Sequence record: LR535908.1
Strand: one strand, 5' to 3'
DNA: 64,000 nucleotides
Positions within the stretch are counted from its first letter, which is position 1. Every line of letters begins with the position of its first letter. Position numbers and translations under genes: made by a program. This document shows positions 46,520 to 58,999 of this stretch, in pieces. Below the pieces are notes generated by a model, which did no database searches, had not been told where the DNA came from, and was given only the letters and a program-made list of their open reading frames with translations.

Positions 46520-46579
46520 GAGGAACTTGACGGGTTTAAAGCCTGAAGATAACCCATGCCCTCTTCCCCACGGGGAAGA
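46460..46579 (+). terminator. Intrinsic terminator split across a junction
   Basis: Joining 46579 to 46460 gives CTCTTCCC-CACG-GGGAAGAG-GCTTTCTTTTT. Confidence 0.75.
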
Positions 46580-48799
46580 TATACCAAATCTGCCCCTAAA
46601 CCGTGGGTGCGGCCAACGATACCGTTATCGTAATTTAACTATGTCGATCGCTTCGTGTATTACGATGCGTATCTCGGTAAAATGATGGAATGTAATCCGC
46701 TCGCTGTGGAACGCAACCGGGTGAAATCGGCTACCAGTAGTGCACCGGTGGAGAGGTTCTGGCGTTACAACCGCGCGGTAATGTTCACCCTAAAACCTGC
46801 GCCTACCGGAGTGATTGGCACCACATTGTTTGGTATCATGGCACACTGTGTATCGGAGTTTGATATTGTGCACGACACTAACATACCCGGCGGTTTGGTG
46901 GGAACACCATACGGCGATGCTGTAGCCAACTTACCAGCCAAACCTGTAGTTGTGGAGTTCTTAGGTACGATTATTTCAGGTACGCTGTTCAAAAAGCAAG
47001 ATTTAGATGCCAACCGATTGGCCAGTGCGGATGGGATAGATAAAGTCACCGACCCAACCGTCGGAACGGTGAAACCGAATGTCACCGACGAGTACCAAGA
47101 GTTCCTCGACTACCTCGCACGCCCTGGGATGGCAGGCGAAGCCGTCGGTGGGAATAAAAGTATCGTCAACTGGGTATCCACCCCGGCTACCGGCTCGCCG
47201 GTCTATGTCTACGGTCGTGAAGACGGGATGTCATGGACTGGCGGTCCTGGTGGCGATTGGGGCCAGCCGGGACGATATACAGCGTTCGAGCAATGGAACA
47301 AAGGCGGTGCTACCCAGTTAGTCGTCGCACAATTTACCGGCTACCAGAGTCGCTACTATCCAGGCGCGGCGGTACCCAGCGGCACCAATAACCGTAACGG
47401 CTTAGCTGGGTCCCGTGACGGCGACTACTATGCGTTTAGCACCACCAAGATCGGTGGAGCTGGTGGTGCGCCTCTCGGGACCTTCCGCGGCAAAGTCACC
47501 ATCGAAAACTACGGCACCATCGCCGGAGGTGGGGGTGGGGTCTATTCTCTGCCTGCGAACACATCAGCAGACGGAGCTGACGCAATCCACATTACCGATG
47601 AGGTGGTTTGGAACTTCGTTAACCGGGGAACCATTCTTGGTCGCGGTGGTTCGGGTATGGTTTATCGCGACAGCAACCTGAAACCGACGTTCGTTATCGA
47701 CGAATTGCCGCAAATTGGCACCAACCATGCGGCGTGCGGGCGTTTGTTTGTTAACGTGACCGTAGATGCGGGGGCTTTCCTTAACCTGAACTACACAACT
47801 ACGTCGCAAGTTTCGGACAGCTACTGGGCCACGACGTTGTACAAAGTCATGGGCAGTGCCACGTTGAATGTGGCACGCTATCAAGATAACGAGCAAACCG
47901 TAGAGAACTTGGCAGGCGAGTGGCCAAGACAAGTGCAATTGGCACCCGTGGAGGGTTCGGCTCTGGCCATCGAGACACTCGGCATTCGGAGTGTATTTGA
48001 TGTAAACGAAATTGCTCCTGAGACATATGCAGGCAAAACCACATACGTCCCGGATGATTTCACCGGTAGCCTGCACGATGCTAGACCGGGGAGCGGGATG
48101 TTTGGAACGAAGTATGTGTTCTTTTCACGTAACAAACTCCCGATGTCCCCGGAGGATATAGGCCAAACCTCTGCGTATAACAGCGTCGTGGCTTTGACCA
48201 ACTTCTACTCTAATGCAGTCAAACGGATCGTGGATCTTGATAAAGTCGATGTCAGCGCCGTCTACACTGTTACCAATATCATTCTCACGCTAAAGGCTGC
48301 GAATAAACAGCAGTGGATTCTTGTCTGGTACGGCAGCCAAACGCTAGATGTGATAAACGGCGACGTGGATATCAACACCCTGCCTATCACTTGGACAAAC
48401 AATGCTGCGCGCATCACGTTCCAGGCGAAACAGACAAGTCTGTTGCCGCATTTAGACACTTTACTGGGGATTACCTTTTTAACCGACGACTTTGAAGACG
48501 CTGATTATTTCGCTAAGGTTAAGTTGGATGCCATTCCCACTTGTGCATCCATTCACGAAGGGGGTCCGGGGTATTCGAATTACGGTCAAATTACGGCCCA
48601 GGTCACGAAACAAAATATTAACGTACGCCTGGTGTCCGTGGCGCATCGTGACGAAAAAACCCTAGACGTCACACTGACAGCGACCGTGATTCGGTCGCTC
48701 AACCGTAAAAACGCGGTCGCCAAAGCAGTAGACCCCGCTCCCTTGGTATCCACCGCTATAGACTAAGGTGTCACCATGTCCTACACTCCTGATTTAGTG
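46580..48799 (+). CDS. Fibre/adhesin-like virion protein, ~725 aa, with a Gly-rich gp38-like module
   Basis: ATG 48776 MSYTPDLVATVIRSLNRKN... (paralog-family N-terminus); FVNRGTILGRGGSG...DGADAIHITD...VTIENYGTIAGGGGGG...GGPGGDWGQPG...PGMAGEAVGGNKSIVNWV resembles T-even gp38-type adhesin Gly-rich motifs. Confidence 0.7.
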
Positions 48800-50119
48800 T
48801 TACGACCCAAGCAAAGGCGGCTATATGGTCTACAGTCCATATAGCAAAACCGCCCCGGTCGGATACCAATCCAAACAAATGACGAGCCTCTACTCGAATT
48901 ACTGTAACTATTTCATCTAGTACCACACTGCTTACACCACCACGTCATCGGCTATTACTTACCAGGGACTATACCGTAAACACGCGTTTCCGACCGAAGA
49001 GATGTTCCAAGAAAGTATTGCTAACCGGCGTCGGGTACTTTTAACGGGTTCCCCGTATGGCACTCGATACTGTACCGGGAGTATTCGACGGCTGATGCAC
49101 ACGTTGTATCAAAACGAGTACGTGTTGACTCGGGCGGAAGCGCCTGAAACAATGGATGACGTCGAACGTTATGCGCGTTACATGAGGTTCCGGGAAACCA
49201 GCTCAAATTCGATGAGCGTTCCGTTCTTCTTGCACTTTGGTCCGAAAAATAACGTGGCCTATTTGGCGCAGGAAAAGGATGGGGAGTACAATTACTGCGT
49301 GAAGTTGACGCCACCTGAGGATATGGGTAATCTCCGTCGTGACCTCTATGGGTATGTCGCTACACGCAATAACAACCCAGGCTTAGACCCTGATATGCGG
49401 CTGTCGGCATGGTCGGGCATCCCGTTCACTATCGGTAATGCTGCTACTGATAACCCGTACCCGATGGGTACCCCGCTGCGACTAAACAGTAACTCGTACA
49501 TGACCCAGTTCATCGCGGCTGTTTACAGCACGGTCTATCGACTCGACTGGAGCATGTACACCCAACAGATAATCAATATAGAGCCCAGCTTTGCCGACTT
49601 GTACCACACCACCGAAACCGGAGCTTGGGAACCCATGGAGGCGATTAAATCGGATAACCCCGCATTCACGGGTCACATTCCTATTAGCTTTATTCGTGAT
49701 TTAACGTATCCCGACAGCCAGTTTGCAATGATCACTGTGGCAACGGGCGATCGGACGGTCTACCGCGACATCATCGACCGGATTTCCGCAGCTTGTGGGT
49801 TGGTGCTTACTGCTGACGACCTTTCGCAGTATTTTAAAGGCGTCAGCGTACCGGTTAAAGTACCTTATCGGGCGACGTCAAACGGATTACAGGGTGGTGG
49901 TTACAGCGGTAAGATGGACATCTACTACGACCGCTTAAAGTTATTACAAGGTCCTTTAACCAATGCCTTGCGCGATGGCCGCAACAGCCGTATAGTGGTG
50001 GATCAGATTAATCGTGATAACCCGCAGCTCAAGAAACCACTCAACGCAACCAACGTGGCTTTCTTTTTTTAGGACGTTGCAATGATCAACTATAACAAAC
50101 CTGTCATGCAGCTGGTTTG
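48740..50119 (+). CDS. Virion protein of the INRDNP/RN(T/S)/YDRL paralog family (~440 aa)
   Basis: ATG 50082 MINYNKPVMQLVWDQINRDNPQL...GRNSRIVV...GYSGKMDIYYDRL; stop near 48761. Confidence 0.7.
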
Positions 50120-50179
50120 GGAGTTAAAGGGATAGCGTACTTCACCATAACAGCTAAAAATAGGCCCCGAAGGGCCTAT
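50060..50179 (+). terminator. Intrinsic terminator split across a junction
   Basis: AAATAGGCCC-CGAA-GGGCCTATTT followed by TCTTTTTTT from block 50060. Confidence 0.8.
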
Positions 50180-50299
50180 TTGAGCTGTTGTGTCGGCTCA
50201 TTCAGCGGGATAATCCCCAACACGCAGGTCGAATCAGCTGTTATCGAACTGGTTCTTAGCTAACAGGAGCTAATATGGGGTTTTACTCATCCACTGCAC
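50120..50299 (+). pseudogene. 30-aa remnant of a type-A paralog
   Basis: RBS GGAG + ATG 50275: MGFYSSTALELLCRLIQRDNPQHAGRISWS*, matching the N-termini MGLYSAPELELLCQQVVRDNPELAGRIS and MGLYTEPSMELLCQQIVRDNPSLAGKIT. Confidence 0.6.
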
Positions 50300-51199
50300 A
50301 GCAACTCACCAGACTCACCATCGTACACCACTTCGACCAATAGCGCGTCGGTAGTCCACGATTCAAGCGCAACATTGTTTGCCAACGGTTATGACAACGC
50401 CACCCCCTGGTACTATCGCTACGCGGGCGTCGTAAGACGTTTTGGCGACTTACCGACGCGCTCCGGCGGTAGTCCAACCAGCAGCGGTGGTTATTTTCAA
50501 GACGGCGAGTGGCACAACACGTTCGCAAGCTTGTTCCGCGAGTATGTGGTACGTTTGCCTCGACTCGGAGACTACAGTTATGGGCACAGCACCTACCTAT
50601 TCCCGCCACGGAGCGTCTCTACCACTAACCAGCGTCGGACATTTAATAAAGACGGTTACGGGACGACGTGGAACGAACAATACCAGCAAGGTCTGGCCTG
50701 GGGAACAGATGACTACGGTTTCCATAAATTCGTTTTCAAAGGACGCATTCTGTTCATTCCTGACACGGTGACCCGTTTAAACCATGCCGAGCTGAATGGT
50801 TTAATTGGCTTTAATGCCTGGAACCAAGCTCCAACATTGATTCGTGGCGACTGGCATCGTGGCTACTTTGGCACACTGACAAACGAAGAATTTATTCTTA
50901 TGGGGCTGCCGATTGTACAGGGCGACTTTCCAATGACAGGACCCGGCCCACAGGAACTTACCGAAGCGTATAAAACGTATCAATATCGCATCGTGGCGGT
51001 AAAGGGCACTGAAAAGGTTGCACCGGGGGAACCTATTGTAACACTACCAGGTAACACAACGACGTACGAGGACAAGACCACTTTAGATTCCATTGAAATC
51101 TATCGTTACGACAACCCTAGACAAAGTGTTAACCCAGTAATCGAGTTAGTGGAGTAAAACATGTCGATTATCTTAAACTGGAAACAACAGCCAGGCCAG
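50240..51199 (+). CDS. Virion structural paralog, type C, copy 3
   Basis: ATG 51161 MSIILNWKQQPGQTLDSIEIYR...TGPGPQELIRGDWHRGYFG...KFVFKGRILFIP...VIELVLS*; phiKZ-like FN3-like + TGPGP family. Confidence 0.75.
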
Positions 51200-52219
51200 A
51201 ACCTCTCCCAAGTTACGTTAATTGACAGTGCTGAGAAGGTCGGTTTGTACGCATTCGTTTTAGTTCTGGTTCGTGGGTCTGCGCCTACCGATTCAAGTAT
51301 AACCAATACGTCGAAACGTAGCGGTAGCGCTTACCAAGGCAAAGGTTTCTTGTGCCAAGAACGTGATCCTGAATCGGGAATCCCTAACAAACAAATGCTC
51401 CCTAACTGGACTAATATCAGTCCAGCGTCCATTTATGGGGATGACTTGGAATATGGTCGCTGCGAATATAACGATTTTGTTTATCCGTTCGGAGATTGTA
51501 CCGACGGGGACGAACCGACAGTAATGACGTTGGATGAATCGTTGCGAAACGCAGACCATCAGAGTGGGTTGTTTGAATGGCAAGGCGACACCTATCGGAT
51601 GCGATTGCTGCGCGGTTTAGTGTACGGTGTTGATGGATTTGGTCCTGATAACGGACGTGGTGATTTGGCTGGTGTTGACAGCGGCGGACGATTTAACTCT
51701 ACACTTTACTCGTGGAATGACATTTATAACGCGGGGCTTACGGGCACGCTAATCATGAACAAGTTTTATCGTCATGGTAAAGTTTACTACATGATGAACG
51801 AACAGATGACCTATGACGCGTTGCCTGCAGGCTTTCGTGCATTAACAGGGATGTCGGGCGACCAGATTAACTATTCCGATACTGACGACTTGGCGTTTCT
51901 GGGGCAGTTGCCGTTCGAAACCGTAGGTAGTCCACAAAAATCCATTGTCATTAAAAACCGTCGTGGTGTGGGTGGCGTCGAAACCGTTATTCTTAACACC
52001 CGTTACTGGTATCTTTTAACAGTAACTGTTAACGGTCGTACAGCCGCATTACCAGCCCCTATTGCAACTTTAAGTAATGGCGAAACGGAATGGACGGACA
52101 AAAATGAAAATCCGGCAGGTTCAATTGTTAACATTTATCGGGGCACGGCTAAAATAAATCCGCGAACGGTGAGTTGAACGGCTTCTAAGGAGTAACAGAT
52201 GGCTTTCACACTACGCTGG
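51140..52219 (+). CDS. Virion structural paralog, type B, copy 3
   Basis: ATG 52199 MAFTLRWKNENPAGSIVNIYRG...IATLSNGETEWTD...IELVE*. Confidence 0.75.
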
Positions 52220-53659
52220 ACGCACCGCGTCCACTACCGCCTACTCAGGCAGAACCTCCACTTAAAACAGATTTAGCAACGACAGTGTCGAACAGCGTAG
52301 GTACAGTTAGGCCGATGGTTGTACTTGAACCACACGTCGAAGAACCTATCAGCCCGATTGTGGTGGGTGAACCAAACGTCGATACTGCGCTGCCGTTATC
52401 AGTCGAGGTTGCGACAACAGATGCGCCGAGACCTCTAGCAACAACTGCGGAACAGGTGGGGCGCGTTAGGGTTATTCCTAATGTACCATCACCACAACCT
52501 GATAGCATTCGCCCTCTTGAGGAAATCAATAAGGACGACATCGTCTTACCTTTAGCTGATGTGGAAGGGGATGTTGTGTGTGGTGGCTCAGTTGAATGGG
52601 TAACCCTTACAGATACCACTTACTGGTGGCCTGTTTTAGTCTTCACGCAACAACTGTTAACCGGGGGTAACCCTGTTAAAGTACAACGTTGCAATATGCG
52701 TGACGGTTCTACGGGTGGCGACTGGGCAAATGACACCACGTTAACCAGAACCACCGTCTCCGTTCCGGTTAGCCCTGATTTATCAAAGGCCACGCCGTTG
52801 TGGCTTATTTCACAACTCGTTGACCAGGCTTTGATTGTCACGAAAACTGAGAATAACAAGACGCATTATTACCGTGTCTAAGCGGGTGCCATTTTCGGTA
52901 CAGGAGGCGCTGGTCCGTATCCAGACGGTATCGAACCTGGTAAGATTGTTTATCTACCGACTACCGGAACGTTAACAGCAACCTGGACGGCCCTTTATCT
53001 TCGTCCTGATGTTGCCCCAACGAAAATGACTTTCGAGTGGTTGAAATTTTTCAAGGACGGATACTTCGGCCACGTTTCTCAGCAAGAGTTATTTACCTTT
53101 GCTGAACTAAACAACCTAAGCTACTATCCAGATTCTGGGCCAGGCAATAAATATTTGTTGGCAGGGGACAGCACAAACGCGTATAATAGCGTATGCTATC
53201 GCGGCTATATCCCGGTCGATTATTTGAATGAAGCCGTGGTACAGTCGGTAGACGCGCCTATCAAATCGCTGGCAACGCCAACACGTATTAATTTAACCGT
53301 GCGGGATCTTCTCCCAGCTCTACGCGATTTATACGGTGTTTGGTTATCTGATAGCAGTGCATTATCAGATCTATTTAAAATAGCTCCGCGCGTCTACGTA
53401 CCACAAACGGCCAAGACCGTGGTAGGAAAACCCGGTAAAGGTTTCTCTGGGGAGTGCACGGTTTATTACGACCGTTTAATTGGGGTGAGGGGTATTCCTG
53501 CCGAGACCACTAAGAATGGTCGTAACACGGTAATTACGTTCTGCCAACAAGTCGTAAGGGATAACCCTGAACTCGCAGGAAGAATCAGCGCTGATTCGAC
53601 TCGTTCTGCCTTAACAGGAGACTTCATGGGATTGTATAGCGCACCCGAACTGGAATTAC
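52160..53659 (+). CDS. Virion structural paralog, type A, copy 3 (track ORFs 52285 and 53026 are one gene)
   Basis: MGLYSAPELELLCQQVVRDNP...GRNT...YYDRL...YPDSGPG...P/V/T-rich tail...ANGELNGF*. Confidence 0.75.
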
Positions 53660-54559
53660 GAGTCGCCGTCGTGGAGTAACTACGGTACCACTACAATACG
53701 CTCCATTGCGGTACTTGAAGCATTCTTTGCGGCTATGAATAACACGTCCAGTCAGTGGTACAACAGTCCACCTTACCCTTTTCCGCGCTTTGACGACATT
53801 CCGGTCGGTCCAATCGATTCGGTTACTGCCCAACAATCTTTGTATCTCGACGGTGAGTGGTTTAACACCTTCGCGCGCCTGTACAACTACAGTGGGCAGT
53901 TGCCGTATTTGTTCGACTACAAATTCTGGACGTCTTACGTTGGAAGCGGTAACACTGAGGCTACTGCACGTAACCAACGGCGCACGGTGACGAAAAACGG
54001 TTACGAATACGTGGTGCGCTTCATTTATAACCAGGGGATGATGTACGGCCAGGATGGCAATGGATATGTACCGGGCTGGATTTACAAAAACCGTATTCTG
54101 TTTATGTCCGATAACTCGATAATAAACGCTAGCCCGCAGGAACTGAACGGCCTCGTGGTGAATATGTTCAGTTCCGCCGTTGGTGCCTGGCATAAATTCG
54201 GCGACTGGCACGCTGGATACTTTGGAACAGTAACGCCAGCAGAGTTATTCACTAACACGACCCCTACCGCCCAAGGGTTCTTTTTAGACACCGGGCCTGG
54301 CCCCCAGAAACTGTTATACAACAACACCACTTACCGTTATTGGATAGCTGCGGTTAAAGACGGTGAGCGTGTCTTCAACGGAACGCCTCTGGCAACCCTT
54401 CCGGGTGACGCTACATCGTACGAAGACAACGCTGTGGAAGATAGCATCGAAATCTATCGCAAGACGCCGGGCAACGCCACCATTGATGTTAATGCACCGT
54501 ATCGAGGATTAATCATGCCTATTACATTACACTTTGCACAACGGAAGCCACAGGCGCTC
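53600..54559 (+). CDS. Virion structural paralog, type C, copy 2
   Basis: ATG 54515 MPITLHFAQRKPQALDSIEIYRK...DTGPGPQKL...GYFG...AVLELVLP*. Confidence 0.75.
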
Positions 54560-55579
54560 GCGTATACAACATGTCCCTGGTGCGACCGTGGGCGGTATTT
54601 GGATTCCAGTAATCGAGCTGTTGGGGCTGACGCGCGGATGGGCGGCGGCGGATTCCACTGATACCGTGGATAACCTCCAAAATGGATCGCTGGTGGCAGG
54701 CCGTGGGGCGCATTGTCAGGAGTTTGACCCAGAACGTAAGTTCCCAGAAAAGAAAAAAGTGATGTCCCTGATAAAGTGGTCGAACTCCAGCATATTCGGC
54801 GCGTCACCGTATACTGCCGATAGCGAATACAACCGACTCATCTATGGGATAAGTAGCTGACTCGACAGTGAAAGCCCGGTCATGACACTCGATGCACAGT
54901 GGGACGGTAAACTCCATGAGGCTGGGGAGTTTACGTGGTTGGGTGACCGCTATCGGATGCGCCTGCTGCGCGGTTTAACGTACGGTGTGGCGGGACCTGG
55001 TCCGGAAGGCGGTCATGGCGATTTACCTGACGTTGACCATCTTCGTGTGAACGGCAACACGCTGTATAGCCGTGATGCGATTTATAACGCGGGTTTGCTT
55101 GTTAAGCCGGGCTTGATGAAGTTCCAGCTAGACGGTAAAATTCTGTATCTGTTTAGTGGATTACCTAGCGCGGGTGATTATCCGCCAGGGTTTGTGGCCC
55201 TTTCTGGATACGACCCAACCGTGGCTCCACAGTACGGTGATGACCGCTTTGCGTATTACGGGTACGTGGCGTACGGTGATCGGACACTGTTCAGTCCGCA
55301 GAAATCAATTCTAATTCAGAACCGTCGCGGTATCGGCATTGACCGAACAGCGATACTGGGGACAACGTATTACTACATGACCACCGTGACAGTGGGAAGG
55401 GTGCGTACGGCATTACCTGAACCTCTGGCAACGTTCACTAACGGGGAAACTGAGTATACTTGGACGAACAATAACCCTGGGGCTTCGACCGTGAAGCTGT
55501 ACCGCGACACCAAACCTCTTACTAACGGTGAGTTGGATGGATTCCAATAAGAGGTAACGACAATGGCTTTTACAATTCG
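54500..55579 (+). CDS. Virion structural paralog, type B, copy 2
   Basis: ATG 55563 MAFTIRWTNNNPGASTVKLYRD...LATFTNGETEYT; stop near 54512. Confidence 0.75.
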
Positions 55580-57079
55580 TAGACCGATTATTCTCACGAC
55601 TGACCAAATCGCCCAACCTTCAAAAATTACTCTGGGCGAGACGGACAATGATGAACGTGCATATTCCGTCGCGGTAACAGGCATGGCTAGCGTTAAGATT
55701 GCCACCCCTGCCTGGCTGCGGGAAGCGTCATCAGACTCACCACGTCCTCTGCTTGCCGCGGAAACCTCCGCCGCAGCGAATCCACGTCCGTTAGTTTTCA
55801 ACACCGACAACACCGAATCGTCCGTGGTTACTCTGACGGACATCGACCAAAATGAATCGCTTCGTGTGGTGCCTATTACTGATGTTGCCAATGAACCTGT
55901 GCCGTTGATTGACGAAGGTGCAGAATTAACATGGGCACCCTATCGTTCAAACACCTACATCTACACCTCTTCTGGCTTTTGGCCAATCCTGGAGATGTTC
56001 GTGTGGTTACGACACCAGTTCGGTGCCGACCAAGCGTATTACCAGTCTATCAGTGCGAGGGTGAACGTATATGGGGAGTGGGGAACTCTTAGCACGACTG
56101 ATGCTAACTTCCTGGATTATGATTGGAGTAAACCGCCGTCAATCACCTCTATCCTGTCACTGACCAGCAAATTGGGGTCTGAAGGAACGCATTATTTCAG
56201 AATGTCTATCCCGTATTACACCGAGAACGCCGCCGCGCCGAAGTCGACTTACACACCTGTCGATGTTGAACAGTTGAAATACATGGTAAAACGGGATGAC
56301 TGGGCAGACCTGTACAACAAGGGTGCAATATTTGATTCCGGAGACGCAGGACCTCGCCCCAAATTCTTTCTGAATGGGGCGGTAGTGTTTGTTCCGACCC
56401 GTGCGATTTGCAACGTTACAATGGTGTATGCCCTCTATAACGGCACCACCTGGCCTAACCGCTACGCTATCAAGTGGCTTAATGAGTTATACGGATTCTT
56501 TGGGCTGGTAAGCGCGGAAGAGTTATTCACATCTGATGATTACGAACCGATTGCGATGTATCCGAAGTCGGGTCCTGGGCCAAAAGGATTAATGGCTGGA
56601 ACTCTGACGGCGCACGCTAACTCCTTGTGTTATACCGGGTCATGCAAGATGACCTATGTCGCGAGTGATATCACCAGTCCAAACGTTGCATTAATGAAAT
56701 ACGCTACGCCGGAAACTGTCGCACAAACCCATGCGGAAGCGTTACCGGCGTTCAATGAATTGAACGGGTTGAACTTAACCCGGTTGAATCTGGCCAGTCT
56801 ATTTAAGTCTGGCCCGAAGATGGCGAGTATTCCACGTAGGATTACGTTGGTAGGTAAACCCGGTAAAGGATTTGCTGGGGAAATAACGGTCTATTACGAC
56901 GACTCCATTGGGGTCAGGGGTGTTCCTGTTGCGAAAAACGTTAACGGACGAAACACACAGGAACTGCTCTGCCAACAAATTGTGCGTGACAATCCCAGTT
57001 TAGCAGGAAAAATCACCGCTTTGAATTAGTCTTACCGTAACGGAGTAAAAGCCATGGGGTTGTATACAGAACCTTCAAT
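55520..57079 (+). CDS. Virion structural paralog, type A, copy 2 (~510 aa)
   Basis: ATG 57054 MGLYTEPSMELLCQQIVRDNP...GRNT...YPKSGPGPK...TNGELDGFQ*. Confidence 0.75.
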
Positions 57080-58039
57080 GCGCCGGCGGGAATTACTAAC
57101 ACTTCGGGTGTCGGGATCGCAGCCACGATGTTCTTTGCTGGTGCCGCTGCGTTGGCACCGCTGTGGAGCAACAACATATTTGCTTATGCGTACGGTTATG
57201 GTCTTGGTGCTATTGACTCGCTTACGATACAAGGTTCAACCTCCCAGCCGAGCGAAACGGGCGAATGGCGGAACACGATGGGTCGTTTATACCCAATCAG
57301 CTCGCAATTCCCACCTATCATCCGTTTACCCTACGCAGTCCCGTACGACGCGGCTCTCTCGGGACAAGATTACAACAACCAGGGCGCGACAGCGACTAAA
57401 CAAGACTGTAAGGTTACAAAAGACGGCCGCACGTACCGACAAATGGCGTATCAGTACGGCATGATGTACGGTACCGACGATGACGGGAGCGTAGTCCCGA
57501 TTTTCCATGGGCGAATAGTGTTCTTCCCAGCGACTATGCATTCGAGAAGTAACTCGGTAATGTTGACCGCGCAACAGGGTAACATGCTGACCAACGATCC
57601 CCAGGAATGGCACAAGTTTTCGGGTTATTTCGGTACAGTACCGAATACCGAGTTCTTTAATACCGCTGAGCTGAAGCTTCAAGGGTTCTATCCAGACACC
57701 GGACCGGGTCCACAAACTATTTTGCGAGGCGATTGGGCTTATCGTTATTGGGTGGCTGCTGTAAAAGACAACGAGCGTCTTATTGGCAGCCCGATTACGT
57801 TATCAGGCAGTGCGGTAGAGTTCGTAGACGACATTGATACCCTGACGAAGAATACGACCCGCAAGGAAGGCTGGAACGCAACAATCGACGTTTACAACCC
57901 AGGTACACCACACGCGACCACTATACGGTTAAGCTGGCCATCTCAAGCCAGCAAAGGTCTTACCGCGATTGAAATCTATCCCACCACGAAAGGGCGTTAC
58001 TACCCTATCTTTGAACTGGTTGAGTAAGGGGCAGTCATG
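57020..58039 (+). CDS. Virion structural paralog, type C, copy 1
   Basis: ATG 58037 MTIRLSWPSQASKGLTAIEIYRK...DTGPGPQTILRGDW...FELVLP*. Confidence 0.75.
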
Positions 58040-58999
58040 ATTTTTAACAATGCCGGTGGAACACCCGTATCCGCGATTCAGCGTATAAACTATTTATCAG
58101 GCGGTGGTGTTCTCTGTATGGAACACGACACCACGGAAGACCGTGTGCTCCATCGTGGTGCAACGAACAGTTATACTTTTCTGGGGCAGGGTACTTTGGG
58201 AACCTCGGCAACGTATTTCAACGATTTGCTTTACACGATGGTTAACGAGGTGCCGTGGAAACAGCGTTGGGCTAACTGGGCTGACTATAATGGGAAAACC
58301 CATGATGAAATCGCTTCTCTAACCAACCCGTGTGAGTATATTATGCGTCTTCCTCGCGGCCTGACGATGTCTAGCGAGCCGCCTGCGTATCCTTTCGTAC
58401 ATGGAGCGCTACCGGCCACTCCACAAGACGCTAAGATAGTCCACAAAGGGGATACGTACGCTTCCCTCTATCAAGCTGGTTTAGTCTACGGTACGGGCGA
58501 TGCTGGCCCAGAGAACGGCGGGAAAATCTATTACATGCTATCTAACACGTCGCAGTTCCCGAATACGCCTGTGGACTGGTTGGCGATGTTCCCTAATCTA
58601 TTAACCGATCGTGTGGCGTTGTATAAATTTACCCGAAACTTTATGGGTGCGGTTCCTTACGACGAACAATGGCTTCCGTCGCAAATGCCACCTGCATTTA
58701 TTGAGATAAAGCGTGGGATTGGCCCAATGACTATTCTAAACGGTAACGACCGTTTAGGGTACCTTCTGACGGTAACCGCCAACGGTAAAACAGTGGCATC
58801 GTCTAGCCAGAAATACACCCTCTCAAATGGCGAGACAGAATGGCGTGATACCACCGCCGCACCAGGCGCAACCTATTATAAAATCTACCGTGACGTTAAA
58901 GATATCACACCGAGCGCTTTGCCTGAACCGATTGCAACGGTATCATCCATGTCTTTTACTTTGCGTTGGAAAAATCCAAACGTAATCTCTACGGTAGTA
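57980..58999 (+). CDS. Virion structural paralog, type B, copy 1
   Basis: ATG 58949 MSFTLRWKNPNVISTVVKIYRD...LSNGETEWRD...YYPIFELVE*; RBS GAGGT rebuilt across the junction. Confidence 0.75.
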
